Positions 9,268 to 20,641 of a stretch of DNA of 64,000 nucleotides are shown here, in pieces. The notes beneath the pieces were generated by a model. It was not told the DNA's origin and did no database searches. It saw nothing but the letters and a program-made list of their open reading frames with translations. The stretch covers positions 544,001-608,000 of the forward strand of contig CAXXIA010000001.1 in the NCBI GenBank assembly GCA_963666985.2, given 5' to 3'. How positions within the stretch are numbered: position 1 is the stretch's first letter; every line of letters begins with the position of its first letter. The stretch comes from Spirochaetia bacterium (GTDB lineage: Bacteria > Spirochaetota > Spirochaetia > DSM-2461). A program made the position numbers and the translations under genes.

Positions 9268-11148
9268 TTACTTCTGAGCGATGATGTCTACACATTCTTC
9301 GATCGTTTTCTTGGCGGTATCAATGATAATTTCAGCGTTTATCGGTTCTTCATATGGAGCACTGATACCGGTAAAGTTCGGGATTTCCCCGGCCAGGGCT
9401 TTCTTGTAGAGTCCTTTCGGATCACGATTGATACATTCATCGAGACTGCATGAAACATGTACTTCTTTAAAGCCTCCATCCGGAAAGAGGTCTCGGACAA
9501 AATCCCTTAAAGCCCGTGTCGGCGAGATAAAGCAGCATAAAACGATAAATCCGGCATCGTACATCAGTCTTGCAACGTGTCCGACGCGGCGAATATTCTC
9601 TTCTCTGTCTTCTGCGGAAAATCCCAAATCACCGTTAAGCCCATGTCGTACATTGTCTCCGTCGATAACAAAAACCTGCCTTCCTTCGGCAAAAAGTCTT
9701 TGTTCAAAAGCGCGGGCAAGCGTACTTTTACCCGATCCGGAGAGGCCGGTAAACCAGTAACAGGCCGGTTCGTGTCCGTTACGGAGAATTCGTTGTTCCA
9801 ATGAAATCTTTCCCGCATGCCAAACAACGTTTGAACTGCGGGCCAAATGTTCCGCGTGATCCGGAGCCAGATCAGGAACGCCGCGAATCTCGCCGCGAAT
9901 CATTCCGGCTCCAACGGTTCTGTTGCTGGCCGGATCAATTAAAATGAAACCGCCTGTCTCGCGGTTTATCTCGTAGGGATCGAAAAAAAGCGGTTGAGAC
10001 GTTTCAACCGAAACTCTTCCGATTTCATTGAGTTCCAAATCTTCGGCTTCCCGATCTCTGTGAAGTGTGTTTACGTCGACGCGGTATATAAGTTCGCGTA
10101 CAAAAGCCTGCGCTTCGCGAGTTGTGTGTCGAATGATATAGTTTGTATCAATTCTTAGAGGACTCTTTTCGTCCATCCAGCAAAGAGAAGCATCGAAACG
10201 GGTGGATGCCGACGGCATATTCCGTGTCTTTACCAGCATTTCACCACGACTCAGATCCACCTCATCTTCCAAAGTGAGGATGATGGAATCCCCGGCCCGT
10301 GCTTCATTCATATCACCGTCGGCGTTTATTATTTTCTTGATTCTTGTTTTTATACAGGAGGGGAGAGTTATCACTTCTTCTCCCGAATTAACCGTTCCGG
10401 ACGACACTCTTCCCGCAAAGCCTCTGAAGTTTTGATGAGGCCGTACAACATACTGAATAGGAAATCGAAAATCCGTCAGGTTTTTGTCGGCCGCAATGGT
10501 AATTGTTTCCAGATAATGGAGTACGGTTGGTCCGTCATACCACTTCAATCGCTCACTATGGTCTACGATATTATCTCCAACCAGAGCACTTACGGGGATA
10601 AAAGAAATATCATGGATTTTAAGTTTTTCACTGAATGATTTATATTCGGCTACAATTGTATCAAAACGTTCTTTGGAATAATCCACCAAGTCCATTTTAT
10701 TAACCGCTACAAGCAAATGCGGAATACCTAGAAGTGATGCTAGAAATCCATGCCGCTTCGATTGAGTCAGAACTCCGTTGCGGGCATCGATTAGAATAAC
10801 CGCTAAATCGGCTGTGGATGCTCCGGTAACCATGTTTCGTGTATACTGTTCATGACCGGGCGTGTCCGCGATGATGAATTTCCTTTTCGGTGTTGCAAAG
10901 TAACGATAGGCCACATCTATTGTGATGCCTTGCTCCCGCTCCGCACGCAGGCCGTCCGTAAGGAGCGCTAAATTTACGGCTTCCTCACCGCGAAGTTTGC
11001 TGGATCGTTCCAGTGCTTCCATTTGATCCTGAAAGATTGCCTTGCTGTCATAGAGAAGACGTCCAATCAACGTGCTTTTTCCGTCATCTACACTGCCGGC
11101 CGTGGTAAAACGTAAGAGATCGCGAGTATCACTTAAGATGTCGTTCAT
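9268..11148 (-). CDS. cysNC: Bifunctional sulfate adenylyltransferase subunit 1 / adenylylsulfate kinase
   Basis: [30 protein letters not shown]-terminal [12 protein letters not shown] and [10 protein letters not shown]. Confidence 0.97.
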   Translation of the reverse strand: MNDILSDTRDLLRFTTAGSVDDGKSTLIGRLLYDSKAIFQDQMEALERSSKLRGEEAVNLALLTDGLRAEREQGITIDVAYRYFATPKRKFIIADTPGHEQYTRNMVTGASTADLAVILIDARNGVLTQSKRHGFLASLLGIPHLLVAVNKMDLVDYSKERFDTIVAEYKSFSEKLKIHDISFIPVSALVGDNIVDHSERLKWYDGPTVLHYLETITIAADKNLTDFRFPIQYVVRPHQNFRGFAGRVSSGTVNSGEEVITLPSCIKTRIKKIINADGDMNEARAGDSIILTLEDEVDLSRGEMLVKTRNMPSASTRFDASLCWMDEKSPLRIDTNYIIRHTTREAQAFVRELIYRVDVNTLHRDREAEDLELNEIGRVSVETSQPLFFDPYEINRETGGFILIDPASNRTVGAGMIRGEIRGVPDLAPDHAEHLARSSNVVWHAGKISLEQRILRNGHEPACYWFTGLSGSGKSTLARAFEQRLFAEGRQVFVIDGDNVRHGLNGDLGFSAEDREENIRRVGHVARLMYDAGFIVLCCFISPTRALRDFVRDLFPDGGFKEVHVSCSLDECINRDPKGLYKKALAGEIPNFTGISAPYEEPINAEIIIDTAKKTIEECVDIIAQK

Positions 11149-12053
11149 TAGAAATAACCAGCCTTTTTTCTGTCTTCCATAGCGGCTTCGGAGCGTTTGT
11201 CGTCGGCGCGTCCTCCGCGTTCGGTAGTACGAGTGGCCGCAATCTCGGCAAGAATATCGTCCAATGATGCAGCCGGTGATTCAACCGCGCCCGTGCAGGT
11301 CATATCACCAATGGTTCTGAATCTTACGGTACGTTTTTGTACTCTTTCTTGAGGAAAAAGTTCCATGAATGGAGCCCATCCGAGAATAACACCATCTCTA
11401 ACCACCACATCACGTTCATGACTGAAATAAAGTGATGGAAGCTCAATTTCGTTTGCCCGTATATAGGCCCATACATCCAGTTCTGTCCAGTTACTGATGG
11501 GAAAGACTCGGAAATGTTCTCCAGGTTTCTTTCGGCCGTTGAAAAGATGCCAGAGTTCCGGGCGCTGATTCTTCGGATCCCATTGACCGAAAGCGTCCCT
11601 GTGGGAGAAAAAACGCTCTTTTGCTCGAGCTTTTTCTTCATCCCTTCTGGCGCCGCCCATAGCCGCATCGAATTTAAATTCAGTCAGGGCGTCCAATAAA
11701 GTAACGGTCTGTAGAGCGTTTCTACTGGCACCGGGACCGCTTTCATCGACGACGCGTCCGGAATTGATGCTTTCAAGCACAGTTCTAACGATAAGAAGGG
11801 CATCAAGAGATTCTATAAACTTATTTCTGAATTCCAATGTTTCAGGGAAATTATGCCCTGTATCGATATGCATAAATGGAAAGGGTATTTTTCCCGGCGC
11901 GAATGCTCTGCGGGCTAAGAACGCCATGCAAATGGAGTCTTTTCCACCTGAAAACAGCATAACGGGTTTCTCAAATTGAGCGGCCGCTTCACGAATAACG
12001 TAGATTGCCTCGGATTCGAGCTCTTCAAGGTTGGGATTGAGTCTATTTTGCAT
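11148..12053 (-). CDS. cysD: Sulfate adenylyltransferase subunit 2
   Basis: [44 protein letters not shown]. Confidence 0.97.
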   Translation of the reverse strand: MQNRLNPNLEELESEAIYVIREAAAQFEKPVMLFSGGKDSICMAFLARRAFAPGKIPFPFMHIDTGHNFPETLEFRNKFIESLDALLIVRTVLESINSGRVVDESGPGASRNALQTVTLLDALTEFKFDAAMGGARRDEEKARAKERFFSHRDAFGQWDPKNQRPELWHLFNGRKKPGEHFRVFPISNWTELDVWAYIRANEIELPSLYFSHERDVVVRDGVILGWAPFMELFPQERVQKRTVRFRTIGDMTCTGAVESPAASLDDILAEIAATRTTERGGRADDKRSEAAMEDRKKAGYF

Positions 12054-12103
12054 AATGGAGGATTGTAATTGATTTTTTTAATAAATGAAATTGATTTACT
12101 AAA

Positions 12104-13150
12104 TCAATCACAACGAATAAGTTCTTTGCTGTTTTCCGTCAACCGATCAATTCTCGACAATACATCAGTAATCGGTTTCCCAAAAAGAGCGCATATGTTG
12201 TAAATCATTGAAATCTGATCTGGTTGAAGTTCGTTTTTCCAGCCGAAGATTCGATCGTGAAGAGAACTATTTATTCTGTTTGATCTTGTTGTTGAAGAGT
12301 TTTCAAACATATCAATGTTATGGGAATTGTTTTTGTCCGTTTCCAGATATCTTACAAGATCCTGAATAGAGGAATTCTGATTCAACATAAACTCTTCATA
12401 GTAAATAATATAAGGATTGAAATTATTAGTTTGAATTTGTAACAAAGGTACGATATTCGTGATGCACCAATAAAGGGTTATATATTCTATGGGATTATAA
12501 TTATCTTTTGATAGTAAATGAGAATAATGATGCAGATAATCTTTCATTAAATGGCTTTGTAATGTGAAAATATCTTTAAAATAATCAATTGTAAGGAAAT
12601 AGCGCATCCCTTCTCCGCGCAGAATACTTGCCACAATAGCCGCAGGATGTCGTAAAATAAAAATCGTTTTACATGCAAAATGATTCTGAATGGCACCAAT
12701 AGCAAGATTCGCCCTGACAAATTTAACAATTACAGGAGATTTAAATGAATTTTTTAATGGTTTTCTTCGATGTGTTTTATAATCTCCAATGCTGCCTTTG
12801 GTAAGCTTCTCGATGAAAATAAGAAGATTTAAATCTTTACTATTAATTGGGATATATGGATACATTTCGGTAATATAATTACCGTTTGAAGTCATAAAAT
12901 TCTTTTTTAAATGATACTTTCTTGAAGGCTTAAAGCGAAATTCAAATGGTTCGGAAACAACTTTGCCGTTTGTTAATTTTTGTATCAGCTCGAAAAAAAA
13001 AGTAGTTCCGCTTCTCCAAAAACCTGAAATTATAATTGCATCTGAAGGTTTTTTATTAAATGAAGATAGTTGGTCGATAAAAAAAATGAATATATTTATT
13101 ACTTTTTTTGCATGATTTTTAAACGCAGCATCAATTTTCTTTTTTTTCAT
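12104..13150 (-). CDS. Sulfotransferase
   Basis: 5'-PSB loop ISGFWRSGTT and 3'-PB motif ILRHPAAIVAS; very AT-rich. Confidence 0.85.
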   Translation of the reverse strand: MKKKKIDAAFKNHAKKVINIFIFFIDQLSSFNKKPSDAIIISGFWRSGTTFFFELIQKLTNGKVVSEPFEFRFKPSRKYHLKKNFMTSNGNYITEMYPYIPINSKDLNLLIFIEKLTKGSIGDYKTHRRKPLKNSFKSPVIVKFVRANLAIGAIQNHFACKTIFILRHPAAIVASILRGEGMRYFLTIDYFKDIFTLQSHLMKDYLHHYSHLLSKDNYNPIEYITLYWCITNIVPLLQIQTNNFNPYIIYYEEFMLNQNSSIQDLVRYLETDKNNSHNIDMFENSSTTRSNRINSSLHDRIFGWKNELQPDQISMIYNICALFGKPITDVLSRIDRLTENSKELIRCD

Positions 13151-13256
13151 GTTAATTCTTTTTAATTACAACATTTTTAATGAAAAAAGCAGAATTGTCA
13201 AGAAGAGATAAATATTCAAAAATTTGGAATCTGTAATAAATAGCAATTTAAATAAA

Positions 13257-13557
13257 GGCGGATTGAAATTCCTAACGCAATTCAGCCAATGCCTGCTTCG
13301 GCGTTTTATACTCCAAAGTTTTTCTTGGCCTTTCATTTAACAATCGGGCTATTCGACCCACATAATATTGGTCGATATTCCGAAAATCATCAATTTCATA
13401 AAGCATATCACGGATCAAACCATTTGTATTTTCGCATGTTGCTTTTTCCCATGGCGAATGGGGGTGACAAAAGAAAACATCGATTTCAGCTTTTTCAGCC
13501 AACCGCTTGTGCTCACTATTTTCCTTACCTTGATCCAAGGTCAACGGCTTTCTTAGA
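13257..13557 (-). mobile_element. IS30-family remnant (3' part of transposase and right end)
   Basis: LTLDQGKE, FCHPHSPWEKATCENTNGLIR, LNERPRKTLEYKTP; end sequence GGCGGATTGAAAT. Confidence 0.85.
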
Positions 13558-14824
13558 TGAAGGATTATCATAAAAAGTACAGTCAAAAAATACCCGAAAA
13601 TAACAGGGTATTAAAATAAGACAGTACAGTAAAGAGTTCAAAGAACAAGCATTGAAGCTATCCGATGAAATCGGATTAAAGAAAGCATCGGAACAGTTGG
13701 GTGTAAATTATGGACTTTGTCCGGCTGGAGAAAAATCCGGAAGAGAAAAGGCGGTGAGAAGTCAATACCTGATACATCTCCTCTAACCGAGCGGGAAAAA
13801 CAATTACTGAGGGAAAATCATGAGCTAAAAGAGGCAAATGAGATTCTGAAGGATGCACTTGGTTTTTTCGCGAAGGACCGGAAAAAGTGAGTCCAAGAAC
13901 AATCTTTGCATATATCTTGAATGGTCAGGAAGGAAATCATTCGCCTGTCGTGATGATGTGCAAAGCATTGAATGTCAGCGAAATAAGTGGAAACGCATCC
14001 GAAATAAGCCTAGAGCCCGGCAACTTCTTCTGGCCAAAATCCATGAGATTTTGGATGAGCACCCGGATAACAAAAACTACGGGATCGACAGGGTTCACAT
14101 TACACTGCAGCAAAAGGGAGAGATTGTATCTCGATCCACGGTGATCAGGGCTATGCGAAAAGGGGATTTAATTCATAGGAGTTACAGGAGTCCAAACGGG
14201 CTTACAAAGGCAGATAAAAAGGCTCAGAGACCAGAAAATATACTGAAGAGGGACTTTAGCGCAACACCGCCGAATTAGAAGTCGCTGACTGATATTACCG
14301 AACACCCGTGCTCTGACGGGAAGTTGTATGTAGCACCAGTCTTGGATTGTTTTGGAGGAGAAATCGTCAGCATCGCAATGGATAACCATATGAAAAAGGA
14401 ATTGTGCCCTTCGCGTCATTGATGATGCATATAAAAGCAGAAATCCTGGGAGCGGTGTTCTCATTCATAGCGATGCCGGTAGCCGGCATATGAGTGACCG
14501 ATTTAAGAAGTTGCTTGGTAATTATCGGGCTATTCAGAGCATGAGTGATGTCGGAAATGCTACGACAATACTCGTATGGAAAGTTTCTTCGCAACATTGA
14601 AGAAAGAAAAGCTTGATAAAATGAATACAAGGAAAATGACCAGGGAATAAATAAAGACTGTAATCTTGCGCTATGTCATGATTAATTACAATCGTAAGCG
14701 CATCAGTACGGTTAACAAGGGAGGTTGGCCTCCAGTTATCTACAGGAAAAAGGTAGCCGCTCAAGAAGAGGTTGCTTAACAATATTTTAGGTACTTAGGG
14801 ACTGCACCGATGTTGACATTTTCA
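13558..14824 (+). mobile_element. Degenerate IS3-family element inserted into the IS30 remnant
   Basis: TG..CA ends with imperfect IRs (TGAA..GT[AG]CAGTC..TACC), 3-bp AGA duplication on both sides, orfA YSKEFKEQA and GFFAKDRKK, orfB fragments LKRDFSA..PN, LTDITE, ESFFATLKKE with stops and frameshifts. Confidence 0.88.
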
Positions 14825-15126
14825 AGAAAATCGGGTTAAGAAACCAGCTCACTGTTAATGGATAATTAAAATAACGTGTATTACGGTTCGGTAATAATAA
14901 GATTAACGTTATTATGGGTAGAATTCTTAAGTATCTCAGAAAAGAAGACATTCGCGGCGATTTTTAAAGCCTATTCAAAGCAATTTTGAGAATTTACGGC
15001 CATCAGATAAAGGATTTTTATTGAATTTTTTGAATGCCCTCTTGTATTCGGATTGTATTGGATGCTGTACCGGGTATTCAACGGGAGAGAGTATATACTA
15101 TCATAGCATCACCCGAGGGGACGGAA

Positions 15127-16914
15127 ATGACAGCAGGAAATAATTCATCCAAAGTTGTTTTATTTAAAGAGGAAAATGTGTGTAAGAAGGTTAAAATTAG
15201 TGTTATTATTCCTTTTCTTAATAATGCTTCAACAATTAGGCGATGTATCAAAAGTGTTCAACAACAATCAATAATAGATTTGGAAATTATATGTGTTGAC
15301 AATGGCTCTACTGATGAAGGTTTACGGATTATTCAAGAAATCTCAGAAGACGATGAGAGAGTTAAGCTTTTTTTTGAAAGCGAGGCGGGGGCAGGTCCAT
15401 CTAGAAATAAGGGTCTCATTGAATCAAATGGTATTTATGTCATTTTTATCGATGCTGATGATCGTTTGGCTTCGAATGAATCACTGTCAAAACTATTGTT
15501 GGTAGCCGAGAAATCAAAATCTCCTCTGGTAAAAGGAAATTATTTAATAGTTGATAAAAAGGGTAGTAGAGAACCGAAAATTGATGGGAAGAGTTTTATT
15601 ATTAATGAAGAGAAAGCCTTGTATTGGTATGAAACTTACAAATTATCGATATTCTGGGGACTCTATACCTATTTGATTCGGCGTGATTTTCTTATTAAAA
15701 ACGGAATTGTTTCCCCATCGTTGATTCGTGCACAAGATTCAGTTTTCATAGCGAGGATGTTTCGGAAAATCGATACCCCAATTCCATGTATACCAGATAT
15801 AGTTTATTTGTATTATCAGGGATCGGGAAAATGGAATTTTGAAGACTGGGAATATGAGCGGGTTTTATCAGTGTTTCAAGCCTATAAAACGTTGTTTATC
15901 TTTTTTAGAGATGAAAATAAATATGAACAATGGATATGGTATCAAGCGACGATATTGCCTAAGATTAGAAAGTTGATAACAAATTTTGGTTTGGATAAAT
16001 ATTCTGACGATCGTTTGTATTCCTTATGCAAAGAATTATTAGGTTCATTACACAATCATGAAGAAATGTTAAGCAAGAATCCGTTTCAGAAAGGCTTGCC
16101 AAGAATGTATTCATTTCTATATAGGATATTAGTCAATTTTGAACCAGTTGAGAATCCTAAAATTACTATTGTAGTTATTGTACGTGATACCGCAAAGTAT
16201 TTGCATAAAACAGTTGAATCAATCTTGGAACAAGAATTTGTAAATTGGGAAATCTTACTGATTAACGGAAGTCTTGCCGAGTTGGCGCATGAAGTATGTA
16301 ACACACTCTCACAAAATGATAACAGAATTAATGTACTTCATGTAGGTAAAAGAAACTGGCGTATCTTAGCTGCGAAAGGAGTTGAATTGGCCGGTGGTAA
16401 TTATATTCATTTTATTAATTCAGGTGATTATCTTTTAAATACATGTATTTATTCCGATGTAATAAAAGTATATAAAAAGATTAATACCGATATTGTTGCT
16501 TTTAGGGAAAGAGTCGAAAATGATATGGATGACTCATTGAGTCTAGCGAGTGCATATGATGAAAATATCAGGAACTCTCTTTCTTATTCAAAAGGAAATG
16601 TCCTTGATGCAGCCCAATATGGTTATCTTAAATTGTTTGGGAATACCCCACCATGTCTTTGGAATAAGATTTATCGAATAGAAGTCGTAAAAAATCACTT
16701 GTCTCTGGGAAAACAATGGAAAAGATATCGAATTTCTTTCTTTAAGATCTTGCTTCGTAATCCAACGTTTTTTTGCTGTGATGGAATTTTGGACTGTCAT
16801 TCTCTGCGTAAATTGAATTATGATGAAAAGTTAGGCAATCTAATCTATAAGATAGTAATAAGAGTATTAGGAATTAAAAAGACACTTTGCGAGTTATTAA
16901 GTGATAGATTTTGA
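15127..16914 (+). CDS. Two-domain GT2 glycosyltransferase (second domain degenerate)
   Basis: Domain 1 ISVIIP, VDNGSTD, FIDADD; domain 2 ITIVVIV, LINGSLA, FINSGD; start at 15127 follows GAGGGG. Confidence 0.85.
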   Translation: MTAGNNSSKVVLFKEENVCKKVKISVIIPFLNNASTIRRCIKSVQQQSIIDLEIICVDNGSTDEGLRIIQEISEDDERVKLFFESEAGAGPSRNKGLIESNGIYVIFIDADDRLASNESLSKLLLVAEKSKSPLVKGNYLIVDKKGSREPKIDGKSFIINEEKALYWYETYKLSIFWGLYTYLIRRDFLIKNGIVSPSLIRAQDSVFIARMFRKIDTPIPCIPDIVYLYYQGSGKWNFEDWEYERVLSVFQAYKTLFIFFRDENKYEQWIWYQATILPKIRKLITNFGLDKYSDDRLYSLCKELLGSLHNHEEMLSKNPFQKGLPRMYSFLYRILVNFEPVENPKITIVVIVRDTAKYLHKTVESILEQEFVNWEILLINGSLAELAHEVCNTLSQNDNRINVLHVGKRNWRILAAKGVELAGGNYIHFINSGDYLLNTCIYSDVIKVYKKINTDIVAFRERVENDMDDSLSLASAYDENIRNSLSYSKGNVLDAAQYGYLKLFGNTPPCLWNKIYRIEVVKNHLSLGKQWKRYRISFFKILLRNPTFFCCDGILDCHSLRKLNYDEKLGNLIYKIVIRVLGIKKTLCELLSDRF

Positions 16915-17044
16915 TGTAGTGCAAAGATCTTTTTTTAATGGCTTTCAAGAGAGAATTGTTAGAATGATGATATCCTTTTGTCTTGTAATTATATTATTTC
17001 TTGTGAATTTGACGCTAGTAATGAAGTGCAAAGTTAGGTAGAAG

Positions 17045-18283
17045 GTGGTAAATAAGATGAAAGTAGCCGTTGTAGTCGGGGATTTTCCAAAATTATCAGA
17101 AACTTTTATATTATATGAAATTATTGAATTGATAAAGATGGGAGTTGATATTCAAATATTAGCATTAAGTGAAGCAAATGAAGATATTTACCACAAAGAA
17201 GTAGATGAATTCAATTTGAGAAATAGAACAATATATTTATCCAGGAATAGAAAGGGAAAGAAAATAGCAAAATATTTTGTATTAATAATTAACTTTATTA
17301 AGTGCCTTCTTATGAATCCGCGAATGTTTTATAGAATTGTTTTATATAAAAAGCATATTTTAAGGAATATTAATTGGTTTGCAAGTTTGAATTGTAGAGA
17401 TGAAAAATATGATATAATTTATTGCCATTTTGGATATAATGCATTGAAGATTCTTCCTCTTGTTAAATTAGAAATCTTGCATGGTAATTTATTCGTGGTT
17501 TTTCATGGTGTCGATATTTCAAAACATATAAAAATCTATGGTGAGAGTTTATATAAAGAGCTATTCGGTTCAGTTTCAGGATTATTGCCTATAAGTAATT
17601 TATGGTTGAGTAGGCTAATTGAACTTGGTGCTGATATAGATAAAACAAGAGTACATAGAATGGGCATTCCTTTGGACGAAACCCAGTACAGAATCCCGAA
17701 GAAAACGGGGCAGATTAATTCCATTTCCCTATGTCGCTTGGTAGAAAAGAAGGGGATTGAGATTGCAATAAGAGCTTTGTATAGACTCAAAAATGAAATA
17801 AATTTTAAATATAGAATTATTGGCGATGGAATCCTAAAAGATCAGATCCAAAGAATGATAGATGATTTAGAACTAAATGATAGTATTTCTCTTGAAGGTT
17901 CTCTACGTCATAATGCCGTCTATGAACTTATGAACGCAAGTGATATTCTATTGGCACCTAGCCATGAAGCCCTTGATGGTGATAAAGAGGGAATCCCAGT
18001 GACAATAATGGAATCTATGGGAATAGGACTTGTTGTTGTTTCTACCACTCATAGCGGGATACCAGAATTAGTGGATGATGGGGAAACAGGTTTCCTAGCA
18101 ATTGAGAAAAATGTGCAATCTTTTGAAATGAAAATTAAAGAAGCAGTTAATTCTGATTGGGATCTAATCACAAAAAAAGCAAGACGTAAAATTGAAGAGG
18201 AGTATACTGTTAAGGGAAATGTAAATGAACTAGTCCAACTGTTCCACGAAACAAATGGAAAGAAATCGGATTTATTGCTTTAG
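17045..18283 (+). CDS. GT4 glycosyltransferase, WcaL-like
   Basis: FPKLSETFI, FHGVD, RLVEKKG, GDKEGIPVTIME, HSGIPELV. Confidence 0.9.
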   Translation: MVNKMKVAVVVGDFPKLSETFILYEIIELIKMGVDIQILALSEANEDIYHKEVDEFNLRNRTIYLSRNRKGKKIAKYFVLIINFIKCLLMNPRMFYRIVLYKKHILRNINWFASLNCRDEKYDIIYCHFGYNALKILPLVKLEILHGNLFVVFHGVDISKHIKIYGESLYKELFGSVSGLLPISNLWLSRLIELGADIDKTRVHRMGIPLDETQYRIPKKTGQINSISLCRLVEKKGIEIAIRALYRLKNEINFKYRIIGDGILKDQIQRMIDDLELNDSISLEGSLRHNAVYELMNASDILLAPSHEALDGDKEGIPVTIMESMGIGLVVVSTTHSGIPELVDDGETGFLAIEKNVQSFEMKIKEAVNSDWDLITKKARRKIEEEYTVKGNVNELVQLFHETNGKKSDLLL

Positions 18284-18361
18284 TAGCCATTTCTATCTGT
18301 ATGGAAAAATATGTAATTCATTTTTCGGTGCTCATTCAATTAATCTATGAATTGAAATCAT

Positions 18362-19231
18362 TCAGGAACGATCTATAAAGGAATTGGAATTAGTGTATGG
18401 GGCTATATGTATTTCTTGATTGTACTTTTTTTTATAATAACCTATTATATTTTTCCAATATATGTCATTTCTAGTTTTAAAAAGGCCAAAATATCCCAAT
18501 GTTTTTTTTATTTTTTCAAGTATTTTTAATAGCAATTGTCTGCTTGAAGCTTTCTTTTTTACATTTATTTCATATAATTTATTGCTATCTTCAAGATAGT
18601 AATTTGATATTCCATTCTCATAATCAATATACACATTAATTTTGTTAATTAAAGAATTTATCCTAAACCACAAATCATCGGCAGTTGGTGCCAAATGGAG
18701 GAAATTTTCATCAATTAGTGACTCCTGGAAAAACTTCTTTTTGTAAAGTATACCGCCGCATCCAATTGGGAGTAATTGACTTGAAATACATGATCGATCA
18801 ATTCTATTCCAGTGCAGATAATTTTGATAAGAATTTAAAAAATTTTTCTTTATTACTCTTGCTTTCGTACAAATAATGCAATCAGGATGTTGTTCGCTTG
18901 ATTCAACCAGATTCTTTACGAAATATTGATTATATATAACATCATCATCAATTGTTATTAACATATCATTCTCTTCAAGATCGCTAATTGCAGGAATTAA
19001 TTTTCTGTACGGTCCTGTGTTTTTAACCCAATTAATCTTCAGCGACTTATCTAAGCCTTGTAACTCCTCAATTTCCTCTTCGTTTATTCCTTTATCAAGC
19101 AAATAAGGTTCATGGGAAATGTTCAGAATAATTCTATCAGGCCTATGTTTTTGGTGTAGAATAGAAAGGATTGTGTAATAGGTTATTTCAATTCTTTGTG
19201 ATATAGTTGTTAAACTTACAATGACACTCAT
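18362..19231 (-). CDS. Putative GT-A fold glycosyltransferase
   Basis: VSLTTISQRI, GPYRKLIP, ITIDDDVIY, GCGGILY, PTADDLWF. Confidence 0.8.
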   Translation of the reverse strand: MSVIVSLTTISQRIEITYYTILSILHQKHRPDRIILNISHEPYLLDKGINEEEIEELQGLDKSLKINWVKNTGPYRKLIPAISDLEENDMLITIDDDVIYNQYFVKNLVESSEQHPDCIICTKARVIKKNFLNSYQNYLHWNRIDRSCISSQLLPIGCGGILYKKKFFQESLIDENFLHLAPTADDLWFRINSLINKINVYIDYENGISNYYLEDSNKLYEINVKKKASSRQLLLKILEKIKKTLGYFGLFKTRNDIYWKNIIGYYKKKYNQEIHIAPYTNSNSFIDRS

Positions 19232-19460
19232 TGTTGAATATTAAAATGAAATTGATGATATAATCAATATTTTTTACTAAAGTGACGTTTTTATAGCAAT
19301 TTTAGAATATATTCAGATGCATAAAACATCTTTGGATATGGTATTGTCCCGAATAATCCGGGATTTAATTCGGATGACTTGGGGGATGTGGAAACGACAT
19401 AAAAGGCTGGACGGCAGGCTATGGTCTTTGCATTCATTTTCACCTGGAAGCATGTACATT

Positions 19461-19489
19461 TTGTATGATACGGAGTCAGAAAGTATAAT
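19461..19489 (+). promoter_or_regulatory. Candidate sigma70 promoter
   Basis: TTGTAT-17-TATAAT upstream of the GT at 19514. Confidence 0.55.
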
Positions 19490-19513
19490 CACTCTAAAAG
19501 GAATGAGAACAAG

Positions 19514-20635
19514 ATGGAGAAAATAAGCAGCAAAGAACACAGAAGAATCATCTATTACCATCCGGTTCTACTGCGGGAGAATGCGACAACCGCCAGCGGT
19601 ATTCGTCCCCTTAAGATGCTAAATGCGTTCCGAAAAGCCGGATATACCGTGGATTTGGTTGTCGGCTACTCCCTCGACAGAAAGCGGGCCTTTGCAAAGA
19701 TCCGAAGAAACGTCCGACAGGGTGTTCGTTATATGTTTGTTTATGGGGAATCTTCGACGATGCCTTCGGAATTGACAGATCCTAAGCACTTGCCCCTACG
19801 GCCATTAGTGGACTATCGATTTTTAAGTTTTTGCCGGCGGCATAATATTCCCGTGGGGATTTTTTACAGAGATATCTACTGGCGTTTTAAGGAGTATAAG
19901 AGCAAAGTTTCCTGGTTTAAAAGGCATATGGCATTACTCTTTTATCGATTTGATCTTATACAATATCGATTGTTTATTAAAACCTTATTCCTGCCCTCCG
20001 TGAAAATGGCTGATTTAATACCGGGAACCCTTCGTGGCGGTTTTTGCCAGCCTCTTCCACCGGCTCATAATGAACCGGTCCTTAGGGAAAAATCCTTTTC
20101 GGAATCACTGGATTTGTTCTATGTCGGCGGAGTGGGTAATTATTATAGGCTTCATAAACTTATAGAAGTTATCAGGGAAGAGACGGAATGTAACCTCTCC
20201 ATTTGTACCCGAGAGAAGGAGTGGGCGGATGCAAAACATGAATTCGGGGATGGTACTTTACCGCCGAACATAAAAATTATCCATACATTCGGCAGTGGTT
20301 TGGAACCGTTTTTTCGTCGGAGCAGATTAGCTGTTCTGTTTATTGAGCCGGTTCCCTATTGGACTATCACCGTTCCCTATAAACTTTTCGAATATCTGGG
20401 CTGGGGACTGCCAGTAATAGGATCCAGGGGGACTTTGGCGGGGGATATTATTGAGGATTTGGACATAGGGTGGTGTATAGAGTATTCCGAAGAAGCACTT
20501 CGGAATTTAATACGGGAACTCCTGGAGCATCCGGAAAGAATTGATGCCAAACGGGCCAACATTTTGGCCATTCGCCGGAATCATACCTGGTCAGCAAGGG
20601 TGTCGGAAGTTGAGAAAGCTTTGTCAGCAAGGTGA
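19514..20635 (+). CDS. GT-B fold (GT4-like) glycosyltransferase
   Basis: ASGIRPLKM, GIFYRDIYW, YVGG, PYKLFEYLGWGLPVI, HTWSARV. Confidence 0.8.
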   Translation: MEKISSKEHRRIIYYHPVLLRENATTASGIRPLKMLNAFRKAGYTVDLVVGYSLDRKRAFAKIRRNVRQGVRYMFVYGESSTMPSELTDPKHLPLRPLVDYRFLSFCRRHNIPVGIFYRDIYWRFKEYKSKVSWFKRHMALLFYRFDLIQYRLFIKTLFLPSVKMADLIPGTLRGGFCQPLPPAHNEPVLREKSFSESLDLFYVGGVGNYYRLHKLIEVIREETECNLSICTREKEWADAKHEFGDGTLPPNIKIIHTFGSGLEPFFRRSRLAVLFIEPVPYWTITVPYKLFEYLGWGLPVIGSRGTLAGDIIEDLDIGWCIEYSEEALRNLIRELLEHPERIDAKRANILAIRRNHTWSARVSEVEKALSAR

Positions 20636-20641
20636 AATATT

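Noticed and set aside
12991..13150. A/T runs of 8-9 nt in the sulfotransferase, and at the ABC gene start (34590-34598), as phase-variation tracts
   Set aside because: Frames are intact and such runs are expected in Lys/Phe codons of AT-rich genes
19300..19510. Small ORFs 19313-19561 and 19317-19526
   Set aside because: No recognisable motif, and they overlap a good promoter
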